Assembly: GCA_963768305.1 (NCBI GenBank)
Contig: CAVYHE010000010.1
Location: 1-64,000 of the forward strand
DNA length: 64,000 bases
Direction of reading: 5' to 3'
DNA from: an uncultured bacterium
Lineage (GTDB): Bacteria > Margulisbacteria > WOR-1 > CAVSGV01
Shown piece after piece: positions 29,494 through 38,803 of this stretch (position 1 is its first letter; each line of letters begins with the position of its first letter). The position numbers and the translations under genes were made by a program. Below the pieces are notes generated by a model. The model had not been told where the DNA came from. It was given only the letters and a program-made list of their open reading frames with translations, and ran no database searches.

Positions 29494-30756
29494 TTGTTAA
29501 ACACGTTATCAGGCATATTCAATATAAAGGATCTCAGGAATAAATTCCTGTTCACGATAGGGGTCATGGTCATTTTCAGGCTTGGCGTCCACATGCCAAT
29601 TCCGGGCGTGGATGCGACAAAACTGACGCATATGTTCGGCACGGGGAACCTCCTTAATTTCCTTGACCTGTTCACCGGCGGCGCGCTCGTGAAATTCTCT
29701 ATCTTCGCGATGGGAATAGTGCCTTACATAAACGCCTCCATCATATTGCAGCTTTTGACTGCCGTCGTTCCGCAGCTGGAAGAAATGTCAAAGGACGAAA
29801 GCGGCGGCAGAAAACAGATCGCTCAATACACAAGATATCTCACTGTAGTGCTGGCGGCGTTCCAGGCGTTCGGAATGGCTTTCTGGCTTAGGGGTGTCCT
29901 TATTCCCGGATTCAGTTTCAGCTATTTCCTTTTTTCCTGCATCATTCTTCTGACGGCCGGCACCACCCTGGTGATGTGGCTCGGCGAGCTTATAACGGAA
30001 TACGGCATCGGGAACGGCGCGTCGCTGATAATTTTTATCGGCATCGTCTCCAGGATACCCACCTACATCGGCCAGACCATAATGCTGCTGAAAGGCGGCG
30101 CGAGCTTCGTAGGCATTATTATCCTGCTTTCGGTGTTCGTCCTTATGATAGTTTCGATAGTCATCATAAGCGAGGCGCAGAGAAGGGTCCCGGTGCAGTA
30201 CGCCAAGAGGATAATCGGCCGCAAAGTTTACGGCGGCCAGAGCACTTACATTCCTCTCAGGCTGAATCAGGGCGGCGTCATTCCTATCATCTTTGCATCG
30301 TCGGTCCTGCTTTTCCCCGCGACCATCGCGCAGTTCATTCCGCTGCCTTTCATGCAGTGGATCGCCGGCCAGCTTTCACCGTCCAAAGGGTTGTATATGG
30401 CGCTATATTTTCTGCTGATTTTTTTCTTCACGTATTTTTATACGGCGATCACTTTCAATCCGAAAGACCTTGCTGAGAACATAAAGAAATACGGCGGGTT
30501 CATAATGGGAATAAGGCCCGGGGCCCCGACGTCCGAATATCTGGAATCGATAGTCACAAAACTGACATTTATCGGTGCGCTTTTTCTGGCGATCATTGCC
30601 GTTATTCCGACCATTGTTGAAGGAGTAACACATATCAATACTTTCCAGGGGCTTGGAAGCACGGCCCTTCTTATAGTTGTAGGCGTTGCTCTTGATCTTG
30701 TGAGGCAAATTGAGACTCATCTTGTAACAAGGCAGTACGAAGGCCTGTTAACATAA
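29494..30756 (+). CDS. secY: Preprotein translocase subunit SecY
   Basis: SIFAMGIVPYINASII, GIGNGASL, GVIPIIFA, GIRPG. Confidence 0.98.
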   Translation: MLNTLSGIFNIKDLRNKFLFTIGVMVIFRLGVHMPIPGVDATKLTHMFGTGNLLNFLDLFTGGALVKFSIFAMGIVPYINASIILQLLTAVVPQLEEMSKDESGGRKQIAQYTRYLTVVLAAFQAFGMAFWLRGVLIPGFSFSYFLFSCIILLTAGTTLVMWLGELITEYGIGNGASLIIFIGIVSRIPTYIGQTIMLLKGGASFVGIIILLSVFVLMIVSIVIISEAQRRVPVQYAKRIIGRKVYGGQSTYIPLRLNQGGVIPIIFASSVLLFPATIAQFIPLPFMQWIAGQLSPSKGLYMALYFLLIFFFTYFYTAITFNPKDLAENIKKYGGFIMGIRPGAPTSEYLESIVTKLTFIGALFLAIIAVIPTIVEGVTHINTFQGLGSTALLIVVGVALDLVRQIETHLVTRQYEGLLT

Positions 30757-31403
30757 TGCCGAAAGTTTATGTTCTTGCCGGTCCTCCGGGTTCCGGCAAA
30801 GGAACGCAGGCAAAGCTTCTTGCTCCGGAACTGAAAGTCCCTCACATTTCGCTGGGGGATCTGCTCCGGGAAGCTGTAAGGAGCGGGACGGATGTCGGTA
30901 AATTAGCTAAGAGCTATCTGGATGAAGGGAAACTGGTGCCGGACAGCGTAGCTATAAAAGTTGCCGAAGCGGCCGTCACTAAAAAAGAGTGTAAGAACGG
31001 CTTTGTTATTGACGGGTTCCCAAGGACGCTAGAGCAGGCCAAGCTTTTTGATGCATTGTTGAGTAAATTGAAGTTCGACCTGTCAAAAGTGTTGTATATA
31101 GATATTCCTTTGAAGGAAATATTGAAAAGGTTGACGGGAAGAAGAAGCTGCAGAAATTGCGGAGCGGTCTATAACTTGATGTTCAAGCCGCCGAAAGTCG
31201 AGAATGTTTGCGATATTTGCGGCGGCGAGCTTTATCAGAGGAAAGATGATACCGAAGGTGTCATAAAAGTCAGGTATGAGGTTTATGAAAAGCAGACAGC
31301 ACCGCTGGTTGAATATTATAAAAAGCAGGGAAAATTGGTACATATCGATGGCACGCAAACAGTCGATGCGGTATTTAAGGAAGCTTGTAAAGCGGTAAGC
31401 TGA
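30756..31403 (+). CDS. adk: Adenylate kinase (zinc lid)
   Basis: GPPGSGKGTQA, DGFPRT, lid with CxxC...CxxC. Confidence 0.98.
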   Translation: MPKVYVLAGPPGSGKGTQAKLLAPELKVPHISLGDLLREAVRSGTDVGKLAKSYLDEGKLVPDSVAIKVAEAAVTKKECKNGFVIDGFPRTLEQAKLFDALLSKLKFDLSKVLYIDIPLKEILKRLTGRRSCRNCGAVYNLMFKPPKVENVCDICGGELYQRKDDTEGVIKVRYEVYEKQTAPLVEYYKKQGKLVHIDGTQTVDAVFKEACKAVS

Positions 31404-32155
31404 TGGCGCAAATTAAAACTGAGTCCGAGATCGATAAGATACAAAAGGCTTGTCGGGTTTCGGCTGACATACTTGGAGAACTGGGAAAAGCCGTCAGGGT
31501 AGGGATAACGACGGCAGAGATCAATGATATCGCCGATGATCTTTTCAAAGCAAAAGGTGTTATCCCGGCGTTCAAGGGTTACCGGGGATATAAATACGGC
31601 ACTTGCCTTTCCGTGAACGAGGAAGTAGTCCACGGGTTGCCGGGGAACAGGCAGTTGAAAGACGGGGATATAATTGGGATCGATGTCGGGGCTATTGTTG
31701 ACGGATATTATGGCGACAACGCGGAAACTTTTCCCGTCGGGAAAGTGAGCGCGAAAGTAAAAAGGCTTTTAAGCACGACAAGGTCGGCCCTTTATAAGGG
31801 GATAGCTCAGGCAAGCGACGGCAAATACCTGGGCGACGTGTCCAGCGCAATTGAGGAAGAGGCGGTAAAGAACGGATTCTCGGTCGTAAAGAACCTTTAC
31901 GGGCACGGGGTAGGAAGTGCGCTTCATGAAGACCCGCTCATCCCGAACTTCGGGAAAAAGGGGACAGGAATGGTCCTGAAGGCGGGGATGACGCTGGCGA
32001 TAGAGCCGATGTTGAATATCGGCGGATCGGATATAAGGACGCTGGATGACGGATGGACGGTAGTTACGGAGGACGGCAGTATTTCGGCCCATTTTGAGCA
32101 CACGATCCTGGTGACAAAAGGGGTCCCGAAAATTCTAACGAGGCGGGATCAATAA
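31403..32155 (+). CDS. map: Methionine aminopeptidase, type I
   Basis: [32 protein letters not shown]. Confidence 0.98.
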   Translation: MAQIKTESEIDKIQKACRVSADILGELGKAVRVGITTAEINDIADDLFKAKGVIPAFKGYRGYKYGTCLSVNEEVVHGLPGNRQLKDGDIIGIDVGAIVDGYYGDNAETFPVGKVSAKVKRLLSTTRSALYKGIAQASDGKYLGDVSSAIEEEAVKNGFSVVKNLYGHGVGSALHEDPLIPNFGKKGTGMVLKAGMTLAIEPMLNIGGSDIRTLDDGWTVVTEDGSISAHFEHTILVTKGVPKILTRRDQ

Positions 32156-32376
32156 TGGTAAAGGATAAGGATGTAATAGAACTTGAAGGCGAAGTGACGG
32201 AAGCGCTCCCGAACGCGCTCTTCAGGGTAAAGCTTGAGACCGGCCAGATGGTACTGGCGCATGTTTCCGGAAAAATAAGGAAGAATTTTATAAGGATACT
32301 TCCGGGAGATAAGGTCAAGGTGGAGCTTTCTCCATATGATCTTACCCGCGGGCGGATCACTTTCAGGACAAAATAG
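32155..32376 (+). CDS. infA: Translation initiation factor IF-1
   Basis: [22 protein letters not shown]. Confidence 0.98.
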   Translation: MVKDKDVIELEGEVTEALPNALFRVKLETGQMVLAHVSGKIRKNFIRILPGDKVKVELSPYDLTRGRITFRTK

Positions 32377-32384
32377 GAGGATAT

Positions 32385-32498
32385 ATGAAAGTCAGGGCAT
32401 CAGTTAAGAAGATATGCGACAGCTGCAAGGTGGTAAGGCGAAAAGGAAGGGTCCGTATCGTCTGCAAGAACCCGAAGCACAAACAGAGACAAGGTTAA
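32385..32498 (+). CDS. rpmJ: 50S ribosomal protein L36 (not in the ORF track)
   Basis: Translated by hand: [44 protein letters not shown]. Confidence 0.97.
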   Translation: MKVRASVKKICDSCKVVRRKGRVRIVCKNPKHKQRQG

Positions 32499-32515
32499 AA
32501 ACGGGGGTATAAAAA

Positions 32516-32902
32516 ATGGTTCGAATCGCCGGAGTGGATCTGCCGTCCAATAAAAGGGCGGAAATTGGGCTTACATATGTATACGGTATAGGGAGGGCGC
32601 TCGCGCTTGAGATACTGGACCGCGCGAAGATAGATCCCGGCCGCAAGATAAAGGACCTTACTGAATCCGATGTGGTGGCCATGAGGGATATCATAAAGGA
32701 TTACATGGTGGAGGGAGATCTGCGCAAAGAAGTGCAGACGAACATCAAAAGGCTGATAGACATTGGCACATACAGAGGGCAGAGGCACAAAAAAGGGCTT
32801 CCTGCCAGGGGTCAAAGGACAAGGACGAACGCGAGGACAAAAAGAGGCAAACGCAAGACCGTGGGTTCGGGGCATAAAAAAGAAGAGATCAAAAAGGAGT
32901 AA
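32516..32902 (+). CDS. rpsM: 30S ribosomal protein S13
   Basis: [20 protein letters not shown]. Confidence 0.98.
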   Translation: MVRIAGVDLPSNKRAEIGLTYVYGIGRALALEILDRAKIDPGRKIKDLTESDVVAMRDIIKDYMVEGDLRKEVQTNIKRLIDIGTYRGQRHKKGLPARGQRTRTNARTKRGKRKTVGSGHKKEEIKKE

Positions 32903-32908
32903 AATAAA

Positions 32909-33298
32909 ATGACAGCAGCACCGGCCAAGAAAAAGAAAGAAAAAAAACATGTGGCAAGCACGGGCATTGCGCATATAAAAGCGACGTTCAACAACACGAT
33001 AATATCCATAGCCGATAACGGGGGCAATGTTATTGCCTGGGGCTCTGCCGGGCACGCCGGGTTCAAGGGCACAAAAAAGGGAACTCCGTTCGCGGCTCAG
33101 CTCGCGGCCGAGAATGTGGCAAAAAAAGCTATGGAAGCAGGGGTCAGGGAAGTTAGCGTACTTGTAAAAGGGCCGGGAGCCGGGAGAGAAACGGCGATAA
33201 GAGCGCTTCAAGGCACTGGTCTTGAAATAAGCTCCATAAAGGACGTTTCTCCTATACCGCACAACGGCTGCAGACCAAGAAAAAAGAGAAGGGTTTAA
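32909..33298 (+). CDS. rpsK: 30S ribosomal protein S11
   Basis: [22 protein letters not shown]. Confidence 0.98.
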   Translation: MTAAPAKKKKEKKHVASTGIAHIKATFNNTIISIADNGGNVIAWGSAGHAGFKGTKKGTPFAAQLAAENVAKKAMEAGVREVSVLVKGPGAGRETAIRALQGTGLEISSIKDVSPIPHNGCRPRKKRRV

Positions 33299-33308
33299 GG
33301 GGGAAAAT

Positions 33309-33929
33309 ATGGGGCGTCATACTAGTCCAGTTTGTAAATTGTGCCGGAGGGAAGGTAATAAGCTATTCCTTAAAGGGGACAAGTGCTTTTCCGAAAAATG
33401 TCCGGTAAAAAGGAGAGCATACCCGCCGGGTCAGCATGGGCAGACGCCGACAAAGTCGTCCGAATACAGCATCCGTCTGCGCGAAAAACAGAAAGCCAGG
33501 CGCATTTACGGAATATCCGAAAGGCAGTTCAAATCATATTTCGAAAAAGCGCTTACTTGGAAAGGCGTCACGGGAGAAAAACTCCTGGAGCTCCTTGAAA
33601 GGCGGCTGGATAATGTGGTCTACAGGCTGGGGTTTGCACCCTCGCGTTCGGAAGCAAGGCAGCTTGTTACGCACGGGCACGTTACGGTGAACGGTAAAAA
33701 GGTCAACATCCCTTCCTTTTCGGTTAAAAAGGAAGAGATCATCAAGATCAAAGAGGGTGTTGCCGCGAGGATAAGGGCTTATATCGAGAAGTCCGGAGAT
33801 AAAAAGCTTCCGGGGTGGCTTAGCATGAACGCGGCCTCGCTGGAAGGGAAGATAGAATCCATCCCGGAGAGGAAAGAGATAGGGGAGCCGATAACAGAGT
33901 CAATGATAGTAGAATTCTATTCAAGATAG
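33309..33929 (+). CDS. rpsD: 30S ribosomal protein S4
   Basis: CKLCRREG, PPGQHG, LERRLDNVVYRLG, IVEFYSR. Confidence 0.98.
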   Translation: MGRHTSPVCKLCRREGNKLFLKGDKCFSEKCPVKRRAYPPGQHGQTPTKSSEYSIRLREKQKARRIYGISERQFKSYFEKALTWKGVTGEKLLELLERRLDNVVYRLGFAPSRSEARQLVTHGHVTVNGKKVNIPSFSVKKEEIIKIKEGVAARIRAYIEKSGDKKLPGWLSMNAASLEGKIESIPERKEIGEPITESMIVEFYSR

Positions 33930-33942
33930 GGAGGTAATATAA

Positions 33943-34905
33943 ATGATAATGATCGGGGAAAAACCTTGGGTAAAATATGTTCCGCAGGGGGATAATTACG
34001 GCAAGTTCATAGTGGAGCCTCTTGAAAGGGGTTACGGCTCAACCCTGGGCAACGCACTGAGGCGCGTGCTTTTGTCCTCGCTTCCGAGTTCAGCTGTAAC
34101 AACAGTAAAGTTCGAAAATGTGCCGCATCAATTCTCAACGATACCGGGCGTTCTTGAAGATGTCCTTCAGATGATATTGAACATAAAGGGCATCATCATA
34201 AGGTCGCATTCCGACGAGCCGAAAATAATAACGCTTAAAGCAAAAGGCAAGGGCATCGTAAAGGCCGGCGACATCACGCATGATGCGGAGATCGAGATAA
34301 TCAACGGCGACCACGTGATAGCGAACCTTGAGAACAACGGGAAACTCAACATAGAGATGACCGTAGAAAAAGGGAAGGGATACGTCGTGGCTGAGAGGAA
34401 CAAAAAGCCGAACCAGGCAATAGGGACGATCCCAATCGACTCCATCTTTACTCCGGTCCTGAAAGTGAATGTCTCTACCGAAGAAGTGCGCGTGGGCCAG
34501 GAGATAAATTACGACAGGCTGATACTGGACGTCTGGACCAACGGGACGATCTCTCCGGAAGAAGCTGTTAAGGAAAGCGCAAAGATACTTGCTAGGCACG
34601 TGGACATGTTCGTGAACCTGGGCCAGCGCGCGGAATCGCTGGGAGTGGCTGTATCCGGCAAGGAAGATTCAAAAGAAACCATCCTGGAGATGAGCGTGGA
34701 TGACCTGGAGCTCTCGGCCAGAAGCTCCAACTGCCTTAAGAAAGCTGGAATAAAGACGGTGAGGGAGCTGGTCAAGTATTCTGAAATGGACCTCATGAAG
34801 ATAAAGAATTTCGGCGCGAAATCCGCGAAAGAGGTAATTGAAAAGCTCCAGGAGTACAAACTGGGTATGAATCGTACCAGAAGAAAGGTCCGGAGGAAAA
34901 AGTGA
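33943..34905 (+). CDS. rpoA: RNA polymerase alpha subunit
   Basis: EPLERGYGSTLGNALRRVLLSS, LELSARSSNCLK, KNFGAKS. Confidence 0.98.
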   Translation: MIMIGEKPWVKYVPQGDNYGKFIVEPLERGYGSTLGNALRRVLLSSLPSSAVTTVKFENVPHQFSTIPGVLEDVLQMILNIKGIIIRSHSDEPKIITLKAKGKGIVKAGDITHDAEIEIINGDHVIANLENNGKLNIEMTVEKGKGYVVAERNKKPNQAIGTIPIDSIFTPVLKVNVSTEEVRVGQEINYDRLILDVWTNGTISPEEAVKESAKILARHVDMFVNLGQRAESLGVAVSGKEDSKETILEMSVDDLELSARSSNCLKKAGIKTVRELVKYSEMDLMKIKNFGAKSAKEVIEKLQEYKLGMNRTRRKVRRKK

Positions 34906-35252
34906 GACACAGGAATAAGAACAGAAAACTTAGCAGGCCTACCGACCAGAGGATAGCGCTCTTAAGGAGCATGGTTATATCGCTCCTTCAGCACGGTAGG
35001 ATTGAAGTGACGGTAACCCGCGCGAAAGAAGCCAGAAAAATGGCAGAGAAGATAATCACGCTCTCAAAATACGGCGATATCGCATCCAGAAGGAAGGCGT
35101 TCAGCCTCTTAAGGGACAGGGACCTCATAAAGAAGATATTCACGGAATTCCCTGTGAGATTCGAAGGACGGGCTGGCGGGTACACCAGGATAATAAGGGT
35201 CGGATCGAACCGGGGCGACAATGCTCCGAAAGCGTATTTAGAACTTGTTTGA
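34902..35252 (+). CDS. rplQ: 50S ribosomal protein L17
   Basis: MRHR, GGYTRII, RGDNAP. Confidence 0.98.
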   Translation: MRHRNKNRKLSRPTDQRIALLRSMVISLLQHGRIEVTVTRAKEARKMAEKIITLSKYGDIASRRKAFSLLRDRDLIKKIFTEFPVRFEGRAGGYTRIIRVGSNRGDNAPKAYLELV

Positions 35253-36013
35253 AAAACATTAAGATCGTTTTCAGCTACGACGGTAGCCTGTTCTTTGGGT
35301 CGCAGGAGCAAAGCGGCAAAAGGACCGTCCAGGAAGATCTGCAGCTTGCGATACAAAAGCTGACGGGCGAAAAGGTAAAAATGACATTAGCGGGCAGGAC
35401 CGACAGAGGCGTCCACGCTTTTTCGCAGGCCGCCAATTTTCAGACAGGTTCTTCCATTCCTGCGGAAAGGTTCGCGTACGCGTTGAACGGCAAGCTTGAT
35501 GACGGTATAACGGTCATAAGCTCCGAAGAGGCAAAAAAAGCTTTCAGCGCGAGAAGGAACGCGAAGACCAGAGAATACCTGTATTATGTTTTTAATGGTG
35601 AGCATCTGCCCGTTATGTTCCGGGGCAGAGCCCATCATGTAACGAAATCCCTGGACATGAAGAAAATGGCGGAAGCCGCGAAAGTTATAAAGGGTAAGCA
35701 TGATTTCAGGAATTTTTGCGCGGCGGGCGGCAGCCATACAAGCAGCATAAGATGCGTCCATGTCCTGGATATAGGGATAGTCGGGGACGATCTTATGAAA
35801 GAATCGGGATTGCCGGGCAGCTTGATCCGCTTCCGGATAGTTGCAGGGTCGTTCTTGTATAAAATGGTCAGGTTCATTGTCTCGACGCTTCTGGAAGTGG
35901 GAATGGGAAAAATGAGCGTCGAAACTGTGAAAAAAATTATCAAAGGCGATCTAAATGTCCAGCGCACGGTCGTTCCGTCTTGCGGGCTATACTTAAATAA
36001 GGTAAAATATTGA
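35249..36013 (+). CDS. truA: tRNA pseudouridine(38-40) synthase
   Basis: YDGS, AGRTDRGVHA, FLYKMVR. Confidence 0.96.
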   Translation: MKNIKIVFSYDGSLFFGSQEQSGKRTVQEDLQLAIQKLTGEKVKMTLAGRTDRGVHAFSQAANFQTGSSIPAERFAYALNGKLDDGITVISSEEAKKAFSARRNAKTREYLYYVFNGEHLPVMFRGRAHHVTKSLDMKKMAEAAKVIKGKHDFRNFCAAGGSHTSSIRCVHVLDIGIVGDDLMKESGLPGSLIRFRIVAGSFLYKMVRFIVSTLLEVGMGKMSVETVKKIIKGDLNVQRTVVPSCGLYLNKVKY

Positions 36014-36014
36014 C

Positions 36015-36452
36015 ATGAAAAGAACAAGGACATATACGGCGAAAGCCTCGGAAATAAAGAGAAAATGGTTCCTAGTGGACGCCAAGGGAAAGACGCTTGG
36101 CCGCATTGCCACAAGGATCTCCAATATACTTATGGGAAAGAGGAAAGTGAATTTCACTCCTCATATGGACCTCGGGGATTTTGTCGTCCTGATAAACGCG
36201 GCGGAAGTTGCCGTGTCGGGGAACAAAGAAACACAGAAGACCTATTTCTCCCATTCGGGATATCCAGGGGGCGACAAGCTTTTAAATTTCGCGCATCTGA
36301 TAAAGCGCCAGCCGGAGCGCATCATAAGGCAGGCAGTGTGGGGAATGCTTCCGCAGAACAGACTGGGGAAAGCAATGCTGAAAAAACTTAAAATATTTGC
36401 AGGCTCAAAGCATGAGCATATCGCTCAACAGCCGGAAATTTTAGAGATATAA
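36015..36452 (+). CDS. rplM: 50S ribosomal protein L13
   Basis: WFLVDA, FTPHMDLGD, HSGYPGG, GMLP. Confidence 0.98.
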   Translation: MKRTRTYTAKASEIKRKWFLVDAKGKTLGRIATRISNILMGKRKVNFTPHMDLGDFVVLINAAEVAVSGNKETQKTYFSHSGYPGGDKLLNFAHLIKRQPERIIRQAVWGMLPQNRLGKAMLKKLKIFAGSKHEHIAQQPEILEI

Positions 36453-36461
36453 GGGGACAAA

Positions 36462-37079
36462 ATGAAAAAAGAAGAAACAAAAAAAGGAAGTAAAGAAATC
36501 AAAAAGAAAGCCGCTCCAGCTGTAAAGAAAGCGGCGCCAAAGATCAAGAAATCCGCAGAACATGAAGCAAAACCAAAACACTTGCACGCGGCAGCAGTAA
36601 TACCCGAAACGCATAAAGTCGAGCGTCATGACAAACCGCGTTCACCCGAAGAGCATAAGCCGGCGCATTTTAAAAAGAAACCTGCAAAAAACGTCCAATA
36701 TCACGGGACTGGCGGAAGGAAAACTTCCATTGCCAGGGTCTGGATGTCAAAAGGCAGCGGGCATTTCAATATAAACGGGAAGCCTCTTGAGGATTATATC
36801 TGCGGAAGAAAACTATTATTAAAAGTAGCCATGGACCCGTTTGTTGCCACAAATACCGTTGGCAAGTACGATACTTACGCGAACGCGAACGGCGGAGGGA
36901 TATGCTCTCAGGTAGGGGCTATAAGGGAGGCCGTTTCGGAAGCGATGATGCAGGAAAACCCGGGATTCAGGGCAGTGCTAAAGAAGTCAGGATTCTTGAC
37001 AAGGGATCCCAGAATGAAAGAAAGAAAGAAATACGGGCAGAAGAGAGCAAGAAAGAGATTCCAATTCTCCAAGAGATAG
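36462..37079 (+). CDS. rpsI: 30S ribosomal protein S9 with long basic N-terminal extension
   Basis: GTGGRKTSIARV, LTRDPRMKERKKYG, QFSKR; about 75 extra Lys/Ala/His/Pro-rich residues at the N-terminus. Confidence 0.96.
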   Translation: MKKEETKKGSKEIKKKAAPAVKKAAPKIKKSAEHEAKPKHLHAAAVIPETHKVERHDKPRSPEEHKPAHFKKKPAKNVQYHGTGGRKTSIARVWMSKGSGHFNINGKPLEDYICGRKLLLKVAMDPFVATNTVGKYDTYANANGGGICSQVGAIREAVSEAMMQENPGFRAVLKKSGFLTRDPRMKERKKYGQKRARKRFQFSKR

Positions 37080-37091
37080 AAAGGGCATCTT

Positions 37092-37634
37092 GTGGGCCAG
37101 AGATCCGATAACGGCGGCGGAAAAAATCACAGTGAACATTACGAGGCTGGTAGAGGCAGCGAGTACCTCCGCGATCCTTATATCCCTCCAAAGGGTTTCA
37201 GCGAGCATAATATTTGCCCTGTCTGCAATGCCGTTTATCACAAAAAACACTGGTCTTTCGATCCGGCTATCGTTCATGAAGCCAGAAAAGATAAGAACTC
37301 AGCGTCCGAAAAGTGCCCCGCGTGCAGGAAAGTGGAAGATAAATATGCGATGGGCAAGGTGTTCCTGTCCGGCACATTCATAAATGAGCATATGGATGAG
37401 CTTATAAGCATCATAAAAAGCGAAGAGCGCCGAGCAAAAGAGAACAATCCCCTTGACAGGCTTATTTTGATCGAGAAACGCGACGGAGGCATTTATGCTG
37501 AGACCACATCCGATGCCCTGGCAATGAGGATAGGGCATCATCTTAAAGAATCTTACAAGGGCGGGAACGAGAATTTTAAGTTCCGCCGCGGTGACAAGTT
37601 CGTGGAAGTCCATTGGCAGAGAGAAGTTTTATAA
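37092..37634 (+). CDS. BCAM0308-family protein (two CxxC plus an alpha/beta domain)
   Basis: DPY...CPVCNAVYHKKHW...CPACRK...NPLDRL...TTSDALAMRIG...YKG...VHWQR pattern. Confidence 0.7.
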   Translation: MGQRSDNGGGKNHSEHYEAGRGSEYLRDPYIPPKGFSEHNICPVCNAVYHKKHWSFDPAIVHEARKDKNSASEKCPACRKVEDKYAMGKVFLSGTFINEHMDELISIIKSEERRAKENNPLDRLILIEKRDGGIYAETTSDALAMRIGHHLKESYKGGNENFKFRRGDKFVEVHWQREVL

Positions 37635-37657
37635 AATAAAGAGAAAGGAGAATTAAG

Positions 37658-38803
37658 ATGATATCAAAGCAATATCTTCTTATCCCGGGCCCGACCCAAG
37701 TTCCGCCGGAGGTGCTGTCCGCGCTAAGCCATCCAATGATAAACCACAGGAGCGCCGATTTTAAGTCCGTCATGACCGAGGTAACGGAGGGCTTGAAATG
37801 GGCGTATCAGACAAAGAACGACGTCCTTATCCTTACCGCTTCCGGGACTGGAGCTATGGAAGCGTCCTTAGTGAACATTCTGTCCCCGGGCGACAAGGTC
37901 CTGATCCTGAATGTCGGAGCTTTTGGATCGAGGTTCGTTAAGATCGCGAAAACTTACGGCTTGAATGTCGACGAGATGAAGATCGAAAGGGGAAAGGCCG
38001 TAGATCCGAAGGATGTTGAAAACAAGCTGAAAGCTGACAAGAACAAGGAGATAAAAGCTGTCATTTTCCAGCAGAACGAAACATCAACAGGCATTTTGAA
38101 CGATGTAAAAACCATAGCTTCGATCACCAGTGACCATGGGGCGCTTTCAGTGGTTGATGCCGTTTCCGGGCTCCTCACAGCCGACATCAGGACCGACGAG
38201 TGGGGGCTGGATGTCGTGGCTGCCGGTTCACAAAAAGCTTTTATGGTGCCGCCGGGATTGTCATTCGTGAGCATGTCAGAAAGAGCCTGGAAAGCGTATG
38301 AAACGGCGAAGATCCCGAGGTTCTACTTTGATCTCGGCGCGGCAAGAAAATTCGCGCAGACGGGCGAAACGCCTTGGACGCCGTGCCTTACCATTGCGTT
38401 CGGGCTTCAGGTCGCGTTCAGGATGCTGAAAGCCGAAGGACTTGAAAATATTTTCAAACGGCATGAAAAGCTCTCAAAAGCCGTAAGGGCCGGCGTAAAG
38501 GCTTTGGGATTCGGTCTGCTCGCCGAAGACAAGAATGCTTCAAAAGCGGTCACCGCAGTGGTTCCTCCGGCGGGGATCGATGCCGAAGTAATTAGAAAAG
38601 CGGTAAGGGAGCAATATGGCGTCGTTCTTGCGGGCGGACAGGAGGACCTGAAAGGCAAGATATTCAGGATAGGTCATCTTGGTTATGCGGATAAAATGGA
38701 CGTGGTGACCGCATTTTCCGCTCTGGAGATGGTCGCTTCGCAGATGGGAGCGGCGGTCAAAATGGGCCACGCTGTTGCCGCGGTGGAGGAAGCCTTAAAA
38801 TGA
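37658..38803 (+). CDS. Class V PLP aminotransferase (serine-pyruvate/alanine-glyoxylate family), probably acting as phosphoserine aminotransferase
   Basis: LLIPGPT, NETSTG, VDAVS, GSQKA (PLP lysine), FRIGHLG; overlaps serA. Confidence 0.9.
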   Translation: MISKQYLLIPGPTQVPPEVLSALSHPMINHRSADFKSVMTEVTEGLKWAYQTKNDVLILTASGTGAMEASLVNILSPGDKVLILNVGAFGSRFVKIAKTYGLNVDEMKIERGKAVDPKDVENKLKADKNKEIKAVIFQQNETSTGILNDVKTIASITSDHGALSVVDAVSGLLTADIRTDEWGLDVVAAGSQKAFMVPPGLSFVSMSERAWKAYETAKIPRFYFDLGAARKFAQTGETPWTPCLTIAFGLQVAFRMLKAEGLENIFKRHEKLSKAVRAGVKALGFGLLAEDKNASKAVTAVVPPAGIDAEVIRKAVREQYGVVLAGGQEDLKGKIFRIGHLGYADKMDVVTAFSALEMVASQMGAAVKMGHAVAAVEEALK

